The notes under the pieces: generated by a model
Databases searched by the model: none
The model's input: the letters and a program-made list of their open reading frames with translations, nothing else
What the model was told of the DNA's origin: nothing
Assembly (NCBI GenBank): GCA_044221725.1
Contig: JBGAON010000003.1
Span: 96,001-160,000, forward strand
Reading direction: 5' to 3'
Length of the DNA: 64,000 bases
Source: Elusimicrobiota bacterium
Lineage (GTDB): Bacteria; Elusimicrobiota; Elusimicrobia; F11
Part shown: positions 37,589 to 46,985 of the stretch, one piece after another
Layout of the letters: each line of letters begins with the position of its first letter
Numbering within the stretch: position 1 is the first letter of the stretch
Position numbers and translations under genes: made by a program

Positions 37589-38388
37589 GCAAAAAACTCG
37601 CCGTTGTCATTAATCCCGACAAGTCTCGCGCACGCGAGGAAATGCCGCGTCTGTCCAAATGGTGCAAGAGTCGGAAAATCTCGCTGGTGGCGGGCTCGAA
37701 CTTTCAGAAGGCCGATGCCATTGTGACGCTCGGAGGTGACGGAACAATTTTGTCGATTGCACCGAAAGCCGCAGTGCTCGGCGTTCCGGTATTGGGTGTA
37801 AATATTGGACGGTTGGGTTTTATGACGGCCATCGACCTCGAGGGGTTTTACCCTGCACTGGAGGCGTGGCTTTCTAAAAAGCTGATCATCAGCGAGCGTT
37901 TGATGCTCGAAGTTCGGGCTCCTCGGGTTAAAGTGCCGCTTTTCGCGCTGAACGATGCGGTCATCCGGATTGGTTCCACCACCCGAGTGACGAATATTTC
38001 TGCTTCAATCGAGAACGAAGAATTGGGGCAATTTACCGGTGACGGCGTCATTGTTTCCACGCCGACCGGATCAACCGCCTATTCGTTGGCGGCCCAAGGT
38101 CCGGTCGTTCATCCGGAAGTAGAAGCGTTTGTGCTAACGCCTATCTGTGCGCACAGTTTTACGCAACGACCGGTTGTTTTTCCTAAACACCAGACTCTGC
38201 AACTTCGATTAAAGGATCAGCGAAAAGGCAACCAGGTTCAATTGTGCCTCGACGGCCAGCGCGTCTTCGTTTTGAAGACGGATGACGAAGTGAGCGTGCG
38301 GTGCGCGCAACATAAACTAAAATTGTTTCAGGATCCCAATGTTTCCTATTTCCGGGTTCTGCGAGAAAAACTATCTTGGGGAGAATGA
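37585..38388 (+). CDS. nadK: NAD+ kinase
   Basis: GGDGT, GRLGF, LND and DG...STPTGSTAY motifs. Confidence 0.96.
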   Translation: MSKKLAVVINPDKSRAREEMPRLSKWCKSRKISLVAGSNFQKADAIVTLGGDGTILSIAPKAAVLGVPVLGVNIGRLGFMTAIDLEGFYPALEAWLSKKLIISERLMLEVRAPRVKVPLFALNDAVIRIGSTTRVTNISASIENEELGQFTGDGVIVSTPTGSTAYSLAAQGPVVHPEVEAFVLTPICAHSFTQRPVVFPKHQTLQLRLKDQRKGNQVQLCLDGQRVFVLKTDDEVSVRCAQHKLKLFQDPNVSYFRVLREKLSWGE

Positions 38389-38885
38389 TGAAAAAAGCCC
38401 TTTTTTCTGTTGGCCTATTAGTAACTTTAATTTTGCCTGTGCATGCCGATCACAGTGGCGATCAAGGAATTGGTCTGATGCTCGGAAATCCGAGCGGCGC
38501 TTCTTATAAGGTATGGCTCAATAACATTGCCGCAATTGATGCCGCTGTAGGTGTCGCCCAAGGTGATTTCGATATTCACGCGACGTTGCTCTGGCACAAT
38601 TTTACATGGGCGAAGGGAATCAACGATCGGCTTATCAAAGGAATTACCGACAGCGGCGATTTCCCATTTTATTTCGGTGTCGGTCCGCGCGTCTTATTTC
38701 AAGGCAACACGGAAGTCGGATTGCGTTTTCCGGTCGGTTTGTCTTATCTGCCGAACAAAACGGATTGGGAATTTTTTACGGAAGTAGCGCCCGTATTGCG
38801 TTTTACGCCCGACACAGGAATTGATGCTGATTTTGCGATCGGTGCGCGTTACTATTTTCCGGCCGTCCGCCCGATGGGACAATAA
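38385..38885 (+). CDS. Small outer-membrane beta-barrel (DUF3996-like)
   Basis: Signal peptide; GIGLMLGNPSG, FYFGVG, LRFPVG and GARYYF motifs. Confidence 0.72.
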   Translation: MMKKALFSVGLLVTLILPVHADHSGDQGIGLMLGNPSGASYKVWLNNIAAIDAAVGVAQGDFDIHATLLWHNFTWAKGINDRLIKGITDSGDFPFYFGVGPRVLFQGNTEVGLRFPVGLSYLPNKTDWEFFTEVAPVLRFTPDTGIDADFAIGARYYFPAVRPMGQ

Positions 38886-41800
38886 TTGAAAGTCGATCCG
38901 CGCTTTACAAAAACATCCGGCGTTGAAGCTTACACAGGCAACGAGCTGCTCGTGAAAGGCGCCCTCGAAGCGGGCGTCGGTCTCATTACCGGTTATCCAG
39001 GTTCTCCTGTTTCTGAAGTTTTTGATGCCATTAGCGAAGTTTCTCCCTATCTCGTTGAGCGCGGTGTTGTGGCTCAAATTGCGAACAACGAAGCGCTCGC
39101 TACGGCTCGATTGAACGGAGCTCGCCAAGCAGGCTTGCGCGCAATGGCCGTTATGAAATCCGTCGGATTGCACGTGGGCGCCGACGGGCTCGCAATTGGA
39201 AATCTCATGGAAATGCGCAAGCGCGATGGCGGCGCTGTTGTTGTGGTGGGCGACGATCCATGGAACGAAACGACGCAAATCAATTCCGATTCTCGTTTTT
39301 TATCCAAGCATCTCAGTATGCCGCTTTTGGAGCCGTCGACATTTCAGGAAATAAAAGATTGGGTGAATGTCGCATTTGATCTGTCGGGTTGTTCCGATTT
39401 GTATGTGACCTATCTTCTTACCACGAACCAAGCGGATGGAGGGGGAACTGTAAAAGTCCATCCGCATCCGGAAATCCCAATTAACCATCTTCATCCGGCG
39501 ACACTCTCCAGTTCCGAAATTCATCTCGCGGATTCTGTTCTTATTCCGCCCCACACGTCGATGCGCGAAGCCACATTGGCCGAACGTTTTCAGCGATTGA
39601 CAAAACGTGCGCGCGAAATTGGTGTGAACCAGTGGCATGGCCCCAAGCGCGTTCGTATGCCTGTGGGATTTATTACGTCGGGACTCGCGTATTCCTATCT
39701 CGAAGAGGTGCTGCGCTTGCTGGGACTCTGGACGCGCACGCCGGTCCTCAAATTGGGAATGACCTATCCGGTTGATGCAGAGGACGTTTTTGATATCGCG
39801 AATCACGTTGAACATTTGGTGATCGTTGAAGAGAAGAGAGGTTTTCTCGAATCACAAGTTTCTGAGATTTTGACGGACCTCCGTCAGACCGGTCGCTTAA
39901 CGAAACCGCCAGCGTTGTGGGGAAAGAAATTTCCGAACGATGAGCCTGGCTTCCCTTCGGTGCGCGGACTCAATGTGTCCGTGGTGCTTGAAGTTCTTGG
40001 CCCGGCATTTCTACGTTGGAAAGAATATTTCCCGACGCTAAACGTGGACCGGATTGAAAGGGAGTTGGCTGAGATTGTTCACACGCGCTCGTCTTCTTAC
40101 GATGTGCCGCTTCGAACTCCGACCTTTTGCCCAGGTTGTCCGCATCGCGATTCTTCGACGGTTAGTTTGAAAATGAAAACGAACTTCATGAAGTTCGATT
40201 ACATGGAACAGAAGAAATCAAAGCCCGTTGATGTGGTCTTCCACGGAGAATCGGGATGCCATTCGATGTTGCAATTCGCTCCGAACGAAGGGCTTATGCA
40301 AAATTACTCGGGCATGGGATTGGGCGGTGGTACCGGCGCTGGGATGGCGCCGTTTGTGACCAACAAACAGCTCGTGTTTCTCGGTGACTCAACATTTTTT
40401 CATTCGGGAATGATCGCGATTTCGGATTCGATCAAGAACAGCCAGGACATCACGTACGTGATTCTTGAAAACAAAACAACCGCGATGACCGGCCATCAGC
40501 CGACGCCCGGAAACGAAGTCGATGTGATGGGCGCCGCAACGGTCTCACAGAATATCGAAAATGTTTTGAATGGTTTAGCGCCGCAAGGATTGAAAGTCAT
40601 CCGCACAAACCCCGCCGACCGCGACGCTTATCAAGCGCTTTTGGAAAGCACCGTTCTCGAGAAAGGTGTCAAAGTGATCATCGCGGACAAGGAATGCGCG
40701 ATCACGCTTTACCGCCGGAAGAACGCTGAAAAGAAAAACGTGATTAAAGAAATGGGTTTTCTTCCGAAAGAAGAAAAAATCAACATCACGCCGGAAGTTT
40801 GTGAATACTGTCTCGAGTGCACTCGCCAAACGGGCTGCCCCGGTCTTACCGTTGAAGAAACTGCCTACGGGCGAAAAATCGCGACGGATCTTTCCACCTG
40901 CGTGGATGATGGCGCCTGTTCACGCACAAAGGCGTGTCCGTCATTTGAGAAGGTTGTAATAACGCGCCAGAACGCGCCAAAGAAAAAAGAATTTTCCAAG
41001 TTTGATTTCTCGGATTTGATTGAACCGTCTATTCAGTCGTTTGACGACCGCTGGGCTGCTTACACGGCCGGCGTCGGTGGCATGGGCGCTGGAATTGTGA
41101 ACGCGGTTCTCGTGCGCGCCGGAATGACGGAAGGCTTTGATGTGAGTTTCCTTGATAAGAAAGGACTCGCGATTCGAAATGGCGGCGTTTATGGTCATAT
41201 CGTTTTCTCGAAGAAAGGCCCGGTCAGCTCGCCGGTCATCCCGTATGGAAAGGCCGACCTTTTGATCGGTCTCGATCTTTTGGAAGCGGCGCGCGCGCTC
41301 GATGCGCGGATGAATTTGCGTGTGGCGCATCCGGCTCGCACGCACGGCGTCATCAACAATCACAAACACGAGACGGTTTTGTCGCTTATGGGCCGTGTGG
41401 ATTTCAATCCGCAAAAGCTTGAAGATGTGATCCGTGCGAAGGTTCGACTCGGTGGCTATGTTTCGGCCGACTTCTCCAGTTTGTCGGAACAGCACATAGG
41501 CTCAAAGTTATACGCGAACATGATGATTCTCGGCTCTGCATATCAGAAAGGTTGGATTCCGCTTTCCGAGGGCCGGTTGCTCGCAGCGATAAAAGAAACG
41601 GTTCGTAAAGCGGATATTGAATCGAACAATTTGGCGTTTAAGTTGGGACGTTATTTTGCCGCGCATCCGGAACTGTTACACCCCGAATACAAACGCGAAT
41701 CGGTAACCGAGGTCATCGAGAAAAACGCGCGCTTGTTGGAAAAAGATTCCTGGCTCCAAGGGCCACGCCTTGCACGGCAGTACAGAAGACTTATGGATCA

Positions 41801-42479
41801 ATCGTTGCGTTGGATGGATTTGCCCGGCGACAATGCGGCGCTTTTGGCGCGTGTTGTGTACGATCTGATTCGATACGAAGACGTTAAATTTGCCGAGCGA
41901 TATATTTTCCTTTTGTGGAATACACATCGTCGCGATCAAAAGAAATTCGGATACAAAGCGACCGAGACTGTGCTCATGGGCCTTTTCCGCGTTATGGCGA
42001 TTAAAGATGAAGTGTGGGTTGCAAAACTTTTAACGTCCGAAGAAAAATATGCACGCGACCGCGAGCGATATAAAATCGACGAATCTGTTGGAGACAAAAT
42101 TTCATACGTTCACCTGAACCGCCCGCAGTTTACCGTGTTTGGCCGCTCGATCGAGTTTGACGTGAAGACCCGCGATTGGATGTTGCGGTGCATGTCCAAA
42201 GCGAAATTCTTGCGAAAACTTTTACCGGCGTGGCACGCCAAAGAAAAAGCGTTTCGTGACTGGTACATTCAACTCGTCAACAAGTTTACGTTCTTCGAAT
42301 CGCAGCAGGATTACGAATTCTACGTCGAAGCACTGAAATGCTTTGAGAAAGTTCGTGGTTATCGCGCTGTGCGCTATCCATTGATGGAAAAGGCTCAATC
42401 CGACGTGAAAGAAGTGCTTGCTCGAATCAATTCTCAAAAGACAACACTGATTCGTGTTCCGGACGTAACGAACACATAA
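38886..42479 (+). CDS. Fused indolepyruvate:ferredoxin oxidoreductase-family enzyme (alpha/beta/gamma plus C-terminal domain)
   Basis: GYPGSP, FCPGCPH, GDSTFFHSG (TPP), TTAMTGHQP, ferredoxin CxxCxxC, GVGGMG and MAIKDE..VA motifs. Confidence 0.9.
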   Translation: MKVDPRFTKTSGVEAYTGNELLVKGALEAGVGLITGYPGSPVSEVFDAISEVSPYLVERGVVAQIANNEALATARLNGARQAGLRAMAVMKSVGLHVGADGLAIGNLMEMRKRDGGAVVVVGDDPWNETTQINSDSRFLSKHLSMPLLEPSTFQEIKDWVNVAFDLSGCSDLYVTYLLTTNQADGGGTVKVHPHPEIPINHLHPATLSSSEIHLADSVLIPPHTSMREATLAERFQRLTKRAREIGVNQWHGPKRVRMPVGFITSGLAYSYLEEVLRLLGLWTRTPVLKLGMTYPVDAEDVFDIANHVEHLVIVEEKRGFLESQVSEILTDLRQTGRLTKPPALWGKKFPNDEPGFPSVRGLNVSVVLEVLGPAFLRWKEYFPTLNVDRIERELAEIVHTRSSSYDVPLRTPTFCPGCPHRDSSTVSLKMKTNFMKFDYMEQKKSKPVDVVFHGESGCHSMLQFAPNEGLMQNYSGMGLGGGTGAGMAPFVTNKQLVFLGDSTFFHSGMIAISDSIKNSQDITYVILENKTTAMTGHQPTPGNEVDVMGAATVSQNIENVLNGLAPQGLKVIRTNPADRDAYQALLESTVLEKGVKVIIADKECAITLYRRKNAEKKNVIKEMGFLPKEEKINITPEVCEYCLECTRQTGCPGLTVEETAYGRKIATDLSTCVDDGACSRTKACPSFEKVVITRQNAPKKKEFSKFDFSDLIEPSIQSFDDRWAAYTAGVGGMGAGIVNAVLVRAGMTEGFDVSFLDKKGLAIRNGGVYGHIVFSKKGPVSSPVIPYGKADLLIGLDLLEAARALDARMNLRVAHPARTHGVINNHKHETVLSLMGRVDFNPQKLEDVIRAKVRLGGYVSADFSSLSEQHIGSKLYANMMILGSAYQKGWIPLSEGRLLAAIKETVRKADIESNNLAFKLGRYFAAHPELLHPEYKRESVTEVIEKNARLLEKDSWLQGPRLARQYRRLMDQSLRWMDLPGDNAALLARVVYDLIRYEDVKFAERYIFLLWNTHRRDQKKFGYKATETVLMGLFRVMAIKDEVWVAKLLTSEEKYARDRERYKIDESVGDKISYVHLNRPQFTVFGRSIEFDVKTRDWMLRCMSKAKFLRKLLPAWHAKEKAFRDWYIQLVNKFTFFESQQDYEFYVEALKCFEKVRGYRAVRYPLMEKAQSDVKEVLARINSQKTTLIRVPDVTNT

Positions 42480-42482
42480 ACT

Positions 42483-42896
42483 GTGTCCCACGCTCCACTA
42501 GCGTTTAAGATCCGCGAAGCCGCCGGTAAAGATGTTGATGCGATTGTTTCGTTAATCAATTCGCCGCACAGCTCTGGAAAAATCTTGAAACGGACACGCA
42601 AAGAAATTCGCAAAGCGCTGCGTAGTTTCTCCGTTGTTGAGAACGATGGCGAGATTATCGCTTGCGGTGCGCTCGAGATTTATAACAAAAAGCTGGCCGA
42701 AGTCCGCTCGCTCGTCGTGGATCCGCGTTTTCAGAAGAAGGGGGTGGCCAGCGCGCTGCTTCGACGTTTGATTGCTCTGGCGGAAAAGAAAGAAATTTAC
42801 GAAGTGCTCGCCATTACCGACCGGGACAACGTATTCACGCGACTCGGTTTTTCCCAGCAGCTACACGGACAGAAAGCCCTTTTTTTACGTCCGTAA
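42483..42896 (+). CDS. GNAT N-acetyltransferase (short ArgA-like)
   Basis: LAEVRSLVV and QKKGVA acetyl-CoA motif. Confidence 0.8.
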   Translation: MSHAPLAFKIREAAGKDVDAIVSLINSPHSSGKILKRTRKEIRKALRSFSVVENDGEIIACGALEIYNKKLAEVRSLVVDPRFQKKGVASALLRRLIALAEKKEIYEVLAITDRDNVFTRLGFSQQLHGQKALFLRP

Positions 42897-42947
42897 AAAT
42901 TCATCTTCAACGGGTTTTCGATTTAATGAGCGGGTCTGTGAGACACA

Positions 42948-43484
42948 CTACGTTAGTGACCAAGCGCGATACGCGAGCAAACCGATAAGCGTTTTCGCAT
43001 CACGTATTTTCCCTGCATCAATCGCCCGATAAATCTTCTTCAGCGGCCAAACTTCGCTGCGCAAAAATTCGTCCGCATCCAAATTGACCTTTCCCGGTTT
43101 AAGTTTATCCGCGACATAGATGTGGAGAGTTTCGTTCGCAAATGTGGCCGTCGGCCAGAACGACAGCAGCTTTCTTACGCGGCCCGCTTTGTACCCGGTT
43201 TCTTCTTCGAGTTCGCGGTGCACGCATGTAAGTGGCGCTTCGCCTTTGTCCAACTTCCCGGCCGGGATTTCTATCGTCACTTGATTGACGGGATAACGGA
43301 ATTGGCGCACCAATAAAACTTTTCCCGGCGCCACGATCGGAATAACGGCGACGGCCCCAGGATGATTTATATATTCACGCGTCGCGTGTTGGCCGTTCGG
43401 TAACTTTATTTCGTCGACGCGAAAGCCAATCGCTTTTCCTTTGAAATCGTGCTGCCGTCGGACAAAAGTTTCGTTCAGTTTCAT
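42948..43484 (-). CDS. nudF: NUDIX hydrolase, ADP-ribose pyrophosphatase
   Basis: HPGAV, RQFRYP and the Nudix box GKLDKGE...RELEEETG. Confidence 0.85.
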   Translation of the reverse strand: MKLNETFVRRQHDFKGKAIGFRVDEIKLPNGQHATREYINHPGAVAVIPIVAPGKVLLVRQFRYPVNQVTIEIPAGKLDKGEAPLTCVHRELEEETGYKAGRVRKLLSFWPTATFANETLHIYVADKLKPGKVNLDADEFLRSEVWPLKKIYRAIDAGKIRDAKTLIGLLAYRAWSLT

Positions 43485-43524
43485 GGTCCGGCAGTGTTAC
43501 CATTTTTAAGTACAATCGGCGCTC

Positions 43525-44403
43525 ATGAAAGTCGCCGACATTCTTAAGCACGGCCCACCGGTTGTTTCCTTTGAGTTCTTCCCTCCGAAAACCGATGACG
43601 GCCTAGAGAATCTTCTCGAGACGATTGCAACGCTAAAAGCGTTGTCACCCTCCTTTGTATCCATGACCTACGGCGCCGGCGGCAGCACGCGCGCAAAGAC
43701 CGTGGACCTTGTAACGAAAATAAAAAACGATATCGGAATCGAAGCGGTGGCGCACCTCACGTGCGTTGGCCACAGTCAAAAAGAGTTAAAAGAAATATTA
43801 ACCGAACTGGCCGAGCGAAAAATCGATAATGTATTGGCGTTGCGCGGCGATCCTCCGAAAGGTCAGGCGACTTTTGTGCCCGCACGTGACGGTTTTGAGC
43901 ACGCGGCGCAGTTGGTCCGGTTTATTCGGTCGAATTTTCCTTTTGGTGTCGGGGTTGCGGGTTATCCCGAAAAGCATCCCGAGGCCGAGTCAATGGAGTC
44001 GGATTTGAACCATCTTCAACAAAAGGTGGCCGCCGGAGGAGATTTTGTTGTTACCCAGCTGTTCTTCAACAACCATGAATACTTCTCTTTCGTGTCGGAT
44101 TTGCGGCGTCGCAATGTGAACGTGCCCGTGATAGCGGGAATCATGCCAATCACTGATTTTGATCAGATCAAACGGTTCGCGTCCATGTGTGGCGCGCGAA
44201 TCCCCGATGCGCTGCGGAAGAAACTCGAAGAAGCCGACGGCAACAAGTCAAAGGTCGAGCAAATCGGCATTGAGTTCGCTGTCGCGCAATGCGAAGAATT
44301 GATCCGAAAAGGAGCGCCTGGCTTGCATTTCTATACGCTTAACAAGTCGCGGGCGACGCTCGAAATATTTCGGCAGCTAAAAAGCAAAAAGGTTGTGCCA
44401 TGA
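43525..44403 (+). CDS. metF: 5,10-methylenetetrahydrofolate reductase
   Basis: SFEFFPPK, TYGAGGS, AHLTC, LALRGD, TQLFF and HFYTLN motifs. Confidence 0.97.
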   Translation: MKVADILKHGPPVVSFEFFPPKTDDGLENLLETIATLKALSPSFVSMTYGAGGSTRAKTVDLVTKIKNDIGIEAVAHLTCVGHSQKELKEILTELAERKIDNVLALRGDPPKGQATFVPARDGFEHAAQLVRFIRSNFPFGVGVAGYPEKHPEAESMESDLNHLQQKVAAGGDFVVTQLFFNNHEYFSFVSDLRRRNVNVPVIAGIMPITDFDQIKRFASMCGARIPDALRKKLEEADGNKSKVEQIGIEFAVAQCEELIRKGAPGLHFYTLNKSRATLEIFRQLKSKKVVP

Positions 44404-45074
44404 GGTTTCTGTTGGCTTTGGTGTTTGTTGGTTTGTCGGGCTGCGTCTCGATCGCTACGCATGAGCAGGCAATGAAAAAATGCCGCGATCAAGAAGAGGC
44501 GTTGAGTCAGTTGCGCGTACACGCGACCGATTTGGAGACAAAAAATACCGACCTCAACAAAGCGCTGTACGACAGCCAAACCGAGCACGCGCGGTTGCAG
44601 GGAGAAATGTCGGATGTTCGGAACACATACGACGAATTGGTCAAGCAATTGAAAGACAATATTGCGAATGGGGAAATAAGTGTGCGACAAACCGACAAAG
44701 GGCTCACGGTCGCGATGGGCAACGAAATCCTGTTCGCATCGGGCCAAGCGGAACTTCAGCAACGGGGAAAGAAAGTTTTGATGCAGGTTGCTTCGATTAT
44801 TAATAAACAAACGGATCGGCTGGTCCAAGTTGAAGGGCATACCGACAATATTCGGATTGCGGGTGGGTTGAAAAAGAAATTTCCGTCCAATTGGGATCTC
44901 TCTTCCGCGCGGGCAGCGTCAGTTGTCCGATTTCTGCAGGAAAAAGGATTGATAGATTCGTCACGTTTAATTTTGATGGCGTTCGCTGAGAATCATCCGA
45001 TTGCTGACAACAATACGCCCGAGGGACGGCAACAGAACCGACGCGTCGAAATTACGTTGATTTCCCAGCCCTGA
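44400..45074 (+). CDS. OmpA/MotB-family peptidoglycan-binding lipoprotein
   Basis: Lipobox LSGC; coiled coil; EGHTD, NWDLSSARA and NRRVEI motifs. Confidence 0.9.
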   Translation: MRFLLALVFVGLSGCVSIATHEQAMKKCRDQEEALSQLRVHATDLETKNTDLNKALYDSQTEHARLQGEMSDVRNTYDELVKQLKDNIANGEISVRQTDKGLTVAMGNEILFASGQAELQQRGKKVLMQVASIINKQTDRLVQVEGHTDNIRIAGGLKKKFPSNWDLSSARAASVVRFLQEKGLIDSSRLILMAFAENHPIADNNTPEGRQQNRRVEITLISQP

Positions 45075-45084
45075 AAGGAAGTGT

Positions 45085-45369
45085 ATGCCGGCGCTTAAGA
45101 TTCCCAAGAAGATCAAAAAGGCCACGACCGGTTCCGGTTCCGGATTCGAGGCGCGAACCATTCTTTTCAACGACAATTTCCATACGTTTGATGAGGTGGC
45201 CTATCAACTGGTGAAAGCGATTCGATGTAGTTATTCGAAAGGAATGGCACTCGCGAACGTGGTGCACAATCTCGGGAGTGCAATTGTTTATACCGGACAT
45301 CCGGAACGTTGCGAAGCGGTAGCGATGGTGCTTGAAGAAATTAAGCTGCGAACAATGGTTGAGCGGTAG
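45085..45369 (+). CDS. clpS: Clp protease adaptor
   Basis: ILFNDNFHTFDEV and VH..GSAIV motifs. Confidence 0.85.
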   Translation: MPALKIPKKIKKATTGSGSGFEARTILFNDNFHTFDEVAYQLVKAIRCSYSKGMALANVVHNLGSAIVYTGHPERCEAVAMVLEEIKLRTMVER

Positions 45370-45766
45370 GTTTGCGTGCGTTTAATTCGCCAACGGTGCG
45401 CGTGAGCGGATCCATCGCGGAGACGGTGGTGTCTCGTTCGATCAACATGGCGTCCACGAATGGTTTAAGCTGTTCGGCCCGTAGCGGAGGATTGAGCGGT
45501 TTTAGGCTGTTCAATAATTCCGAGGTCGCGTACATATAGTCCTTGAGCGCCAACAGAATTTTCGATTCCAGAGACGAGAGTTCAATTTTTGTGCTCTCCA
45601 ATACGCGCGTATCCGAAAATTTTCTTTCCGCTTGGATTTTCTGAGCCCACATTCTCATCTCGGCACCAATTTCCCGCGCTTTGCGAACCAGATCGTAAGC
45701 CAGGAACAACGCTTCCTGTTCGCGCTCTTCTGTTTGAGAAATGGCGTATCCAAATTGCGTTTTCAT
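45341..45766 (-). CDS. Hypothetical helical protein
   Basis: 141-aa ORF filling the gap; no recognised motif. Confidence 0.5.
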   Translation of the reverse strand: MKTQFGYAISQTEEREQEALFLAYDLVRKAREIGAEMRMWAQKIQAERKFSDTRVLESTKIELSSLESKILLALKDYMYATSELLNSLKPLNPPLRAEQLKPFVDAMLIERDTTVSAMDPLTRTVGELNARKPTAQPLFAA

Positions 45767-45908
45767 ACGTCAACCTTGTGTGCAACGGTTGCGCCAAAGG
45801 ATCGTCTGTGAAAAATTGGTGAAATCGGGTTCACTCCGAAAATTCAATGCATTCTGAAACAAAAATCATTGGAAAATTGAAACCGCGGCTGTTACCCTCT
45901 TCCTAAGT

Positions 45909-46841
45909 ATGAAGCGCAAGTACGACTACAGTGTTTCGTGGTGGTGGGCCGGAATGGTCTTCTTCCTTTTCGGCTTTTATTTTTTTGCAAGACCCACCAA
46001 AGCGGTTGTTTCTTCGCCGCTTCCCTCTCCGACCGATGTCCGTTGGAACGCCATGGTGAAAAATATCGAAGAGATGGTTCAGGGATACAATGGCGACGTC
46101 GGAATCTATATTAAGAATCTAAAGAATGGCCGGACCTACGAATACCACACGGAGCACAGCTTTGTGTGCGCAAGCCTCATTAAGTTGCCGATTATGGCAG
46201 CTACCTTTGAAGCCATTCACGAAGGCCGTATTACACTTAATACACGCATCAGATATCGACGCAACTACCGCCGGGAGGGGTCCGGCGTGCTCAAGTGGGC
46301 GCGTCCGGGAGCGTATTATCCGCTTTCCTATTTGATTTATCAGATGATCACGAAGTCCGACAACACGGCCACCGCCATGATTATTGATTTGCTTGGCTAT
46401 GACTATCTAAACGAGAAGTTCGCAAAAATGGGTTTGCAGGCGACACGCATCGCTCCCACCGGAATGAGTTTGGCGTCTCGATTGTCCAATCCAGCGCTCG
46501 ATAATTACACAACGCCGGTCGAAATGGCGTCGATTCTTGAGAAGATTTACAAGCACCAAATGGTAAGCGACGGATTAAGCGATCTAATGCTCGAAATTAT
46601 GAAAGGGGCAAATTCGCGAACTCGATTGTCCAAAAACCTGCCGCAGGATTGGCAATTTGCTCGGAAAACCGGCCTCTTGCGTAAGAATTGTCACGATGTT
46701 GGAATCGTTTTCTCGCCAGAAGGCGATTACATTCTTTGCGTGCTCACCAACGGCCGAACCGAAAACTATAAAGTCGCAAAAGGCCTGATCTCATCGGTCG
46801 GCAAGCAAGCTTACGAATACATCGATCAATCTTCGATCTAA
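45909..46841 (+). CDS. Class A beta-lactamase-like serine hydrolase, membrane anchored
   Basis: SLIK (SxxK), SDN and KTG motifs; N-terminal TM. Confidence 0.85.
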   Translation: MKRKYDYSVSWWWAGMVFFLFGFYFFARPTKAVVSSPLPSPTDVRWNAMVKNIEEMVQGYNGDVGIYIKNLKNGRTYEYHTEHSFVCASLIKLPIMAATFEAIHEGRITLNTRIRYRRNYRREGSGVLKWARPGAYYPLSYLIYQMITKSDNTATAMIIDLLGYDYLNEKFAKMGLQATRIAPTGMSLASRLSNPALDNYTTPVEMASILEKIYKHQMVSDGLSDLMLEIMKGANSRTRLSKNLPQDWQFARKTGLLRKNCHDVGIVFSPEGDYILCVLTNGRTENYKVAKGLISSVGKQAYEYIDQSSI

Positions 46842-46985
46842 AACGCCCGCCTCTCGCATTCCCATGCATTTTCCGACGGTAATCACGCTCAGTTCAAGTG
46901 TTTACCGATTCTTCTCCGCTATTTAAGGCGATTTTAATCTCCGCTCAGTACCATAGAAGAAATTTAACTGAGGGGATTCTATTCT

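Noticed and set aside
44400..45074. Flagellar motor MotB
   Set aside because: Has a lipobox rather than the MotB TM with its conserved Asp, and there is no motA neighbour.
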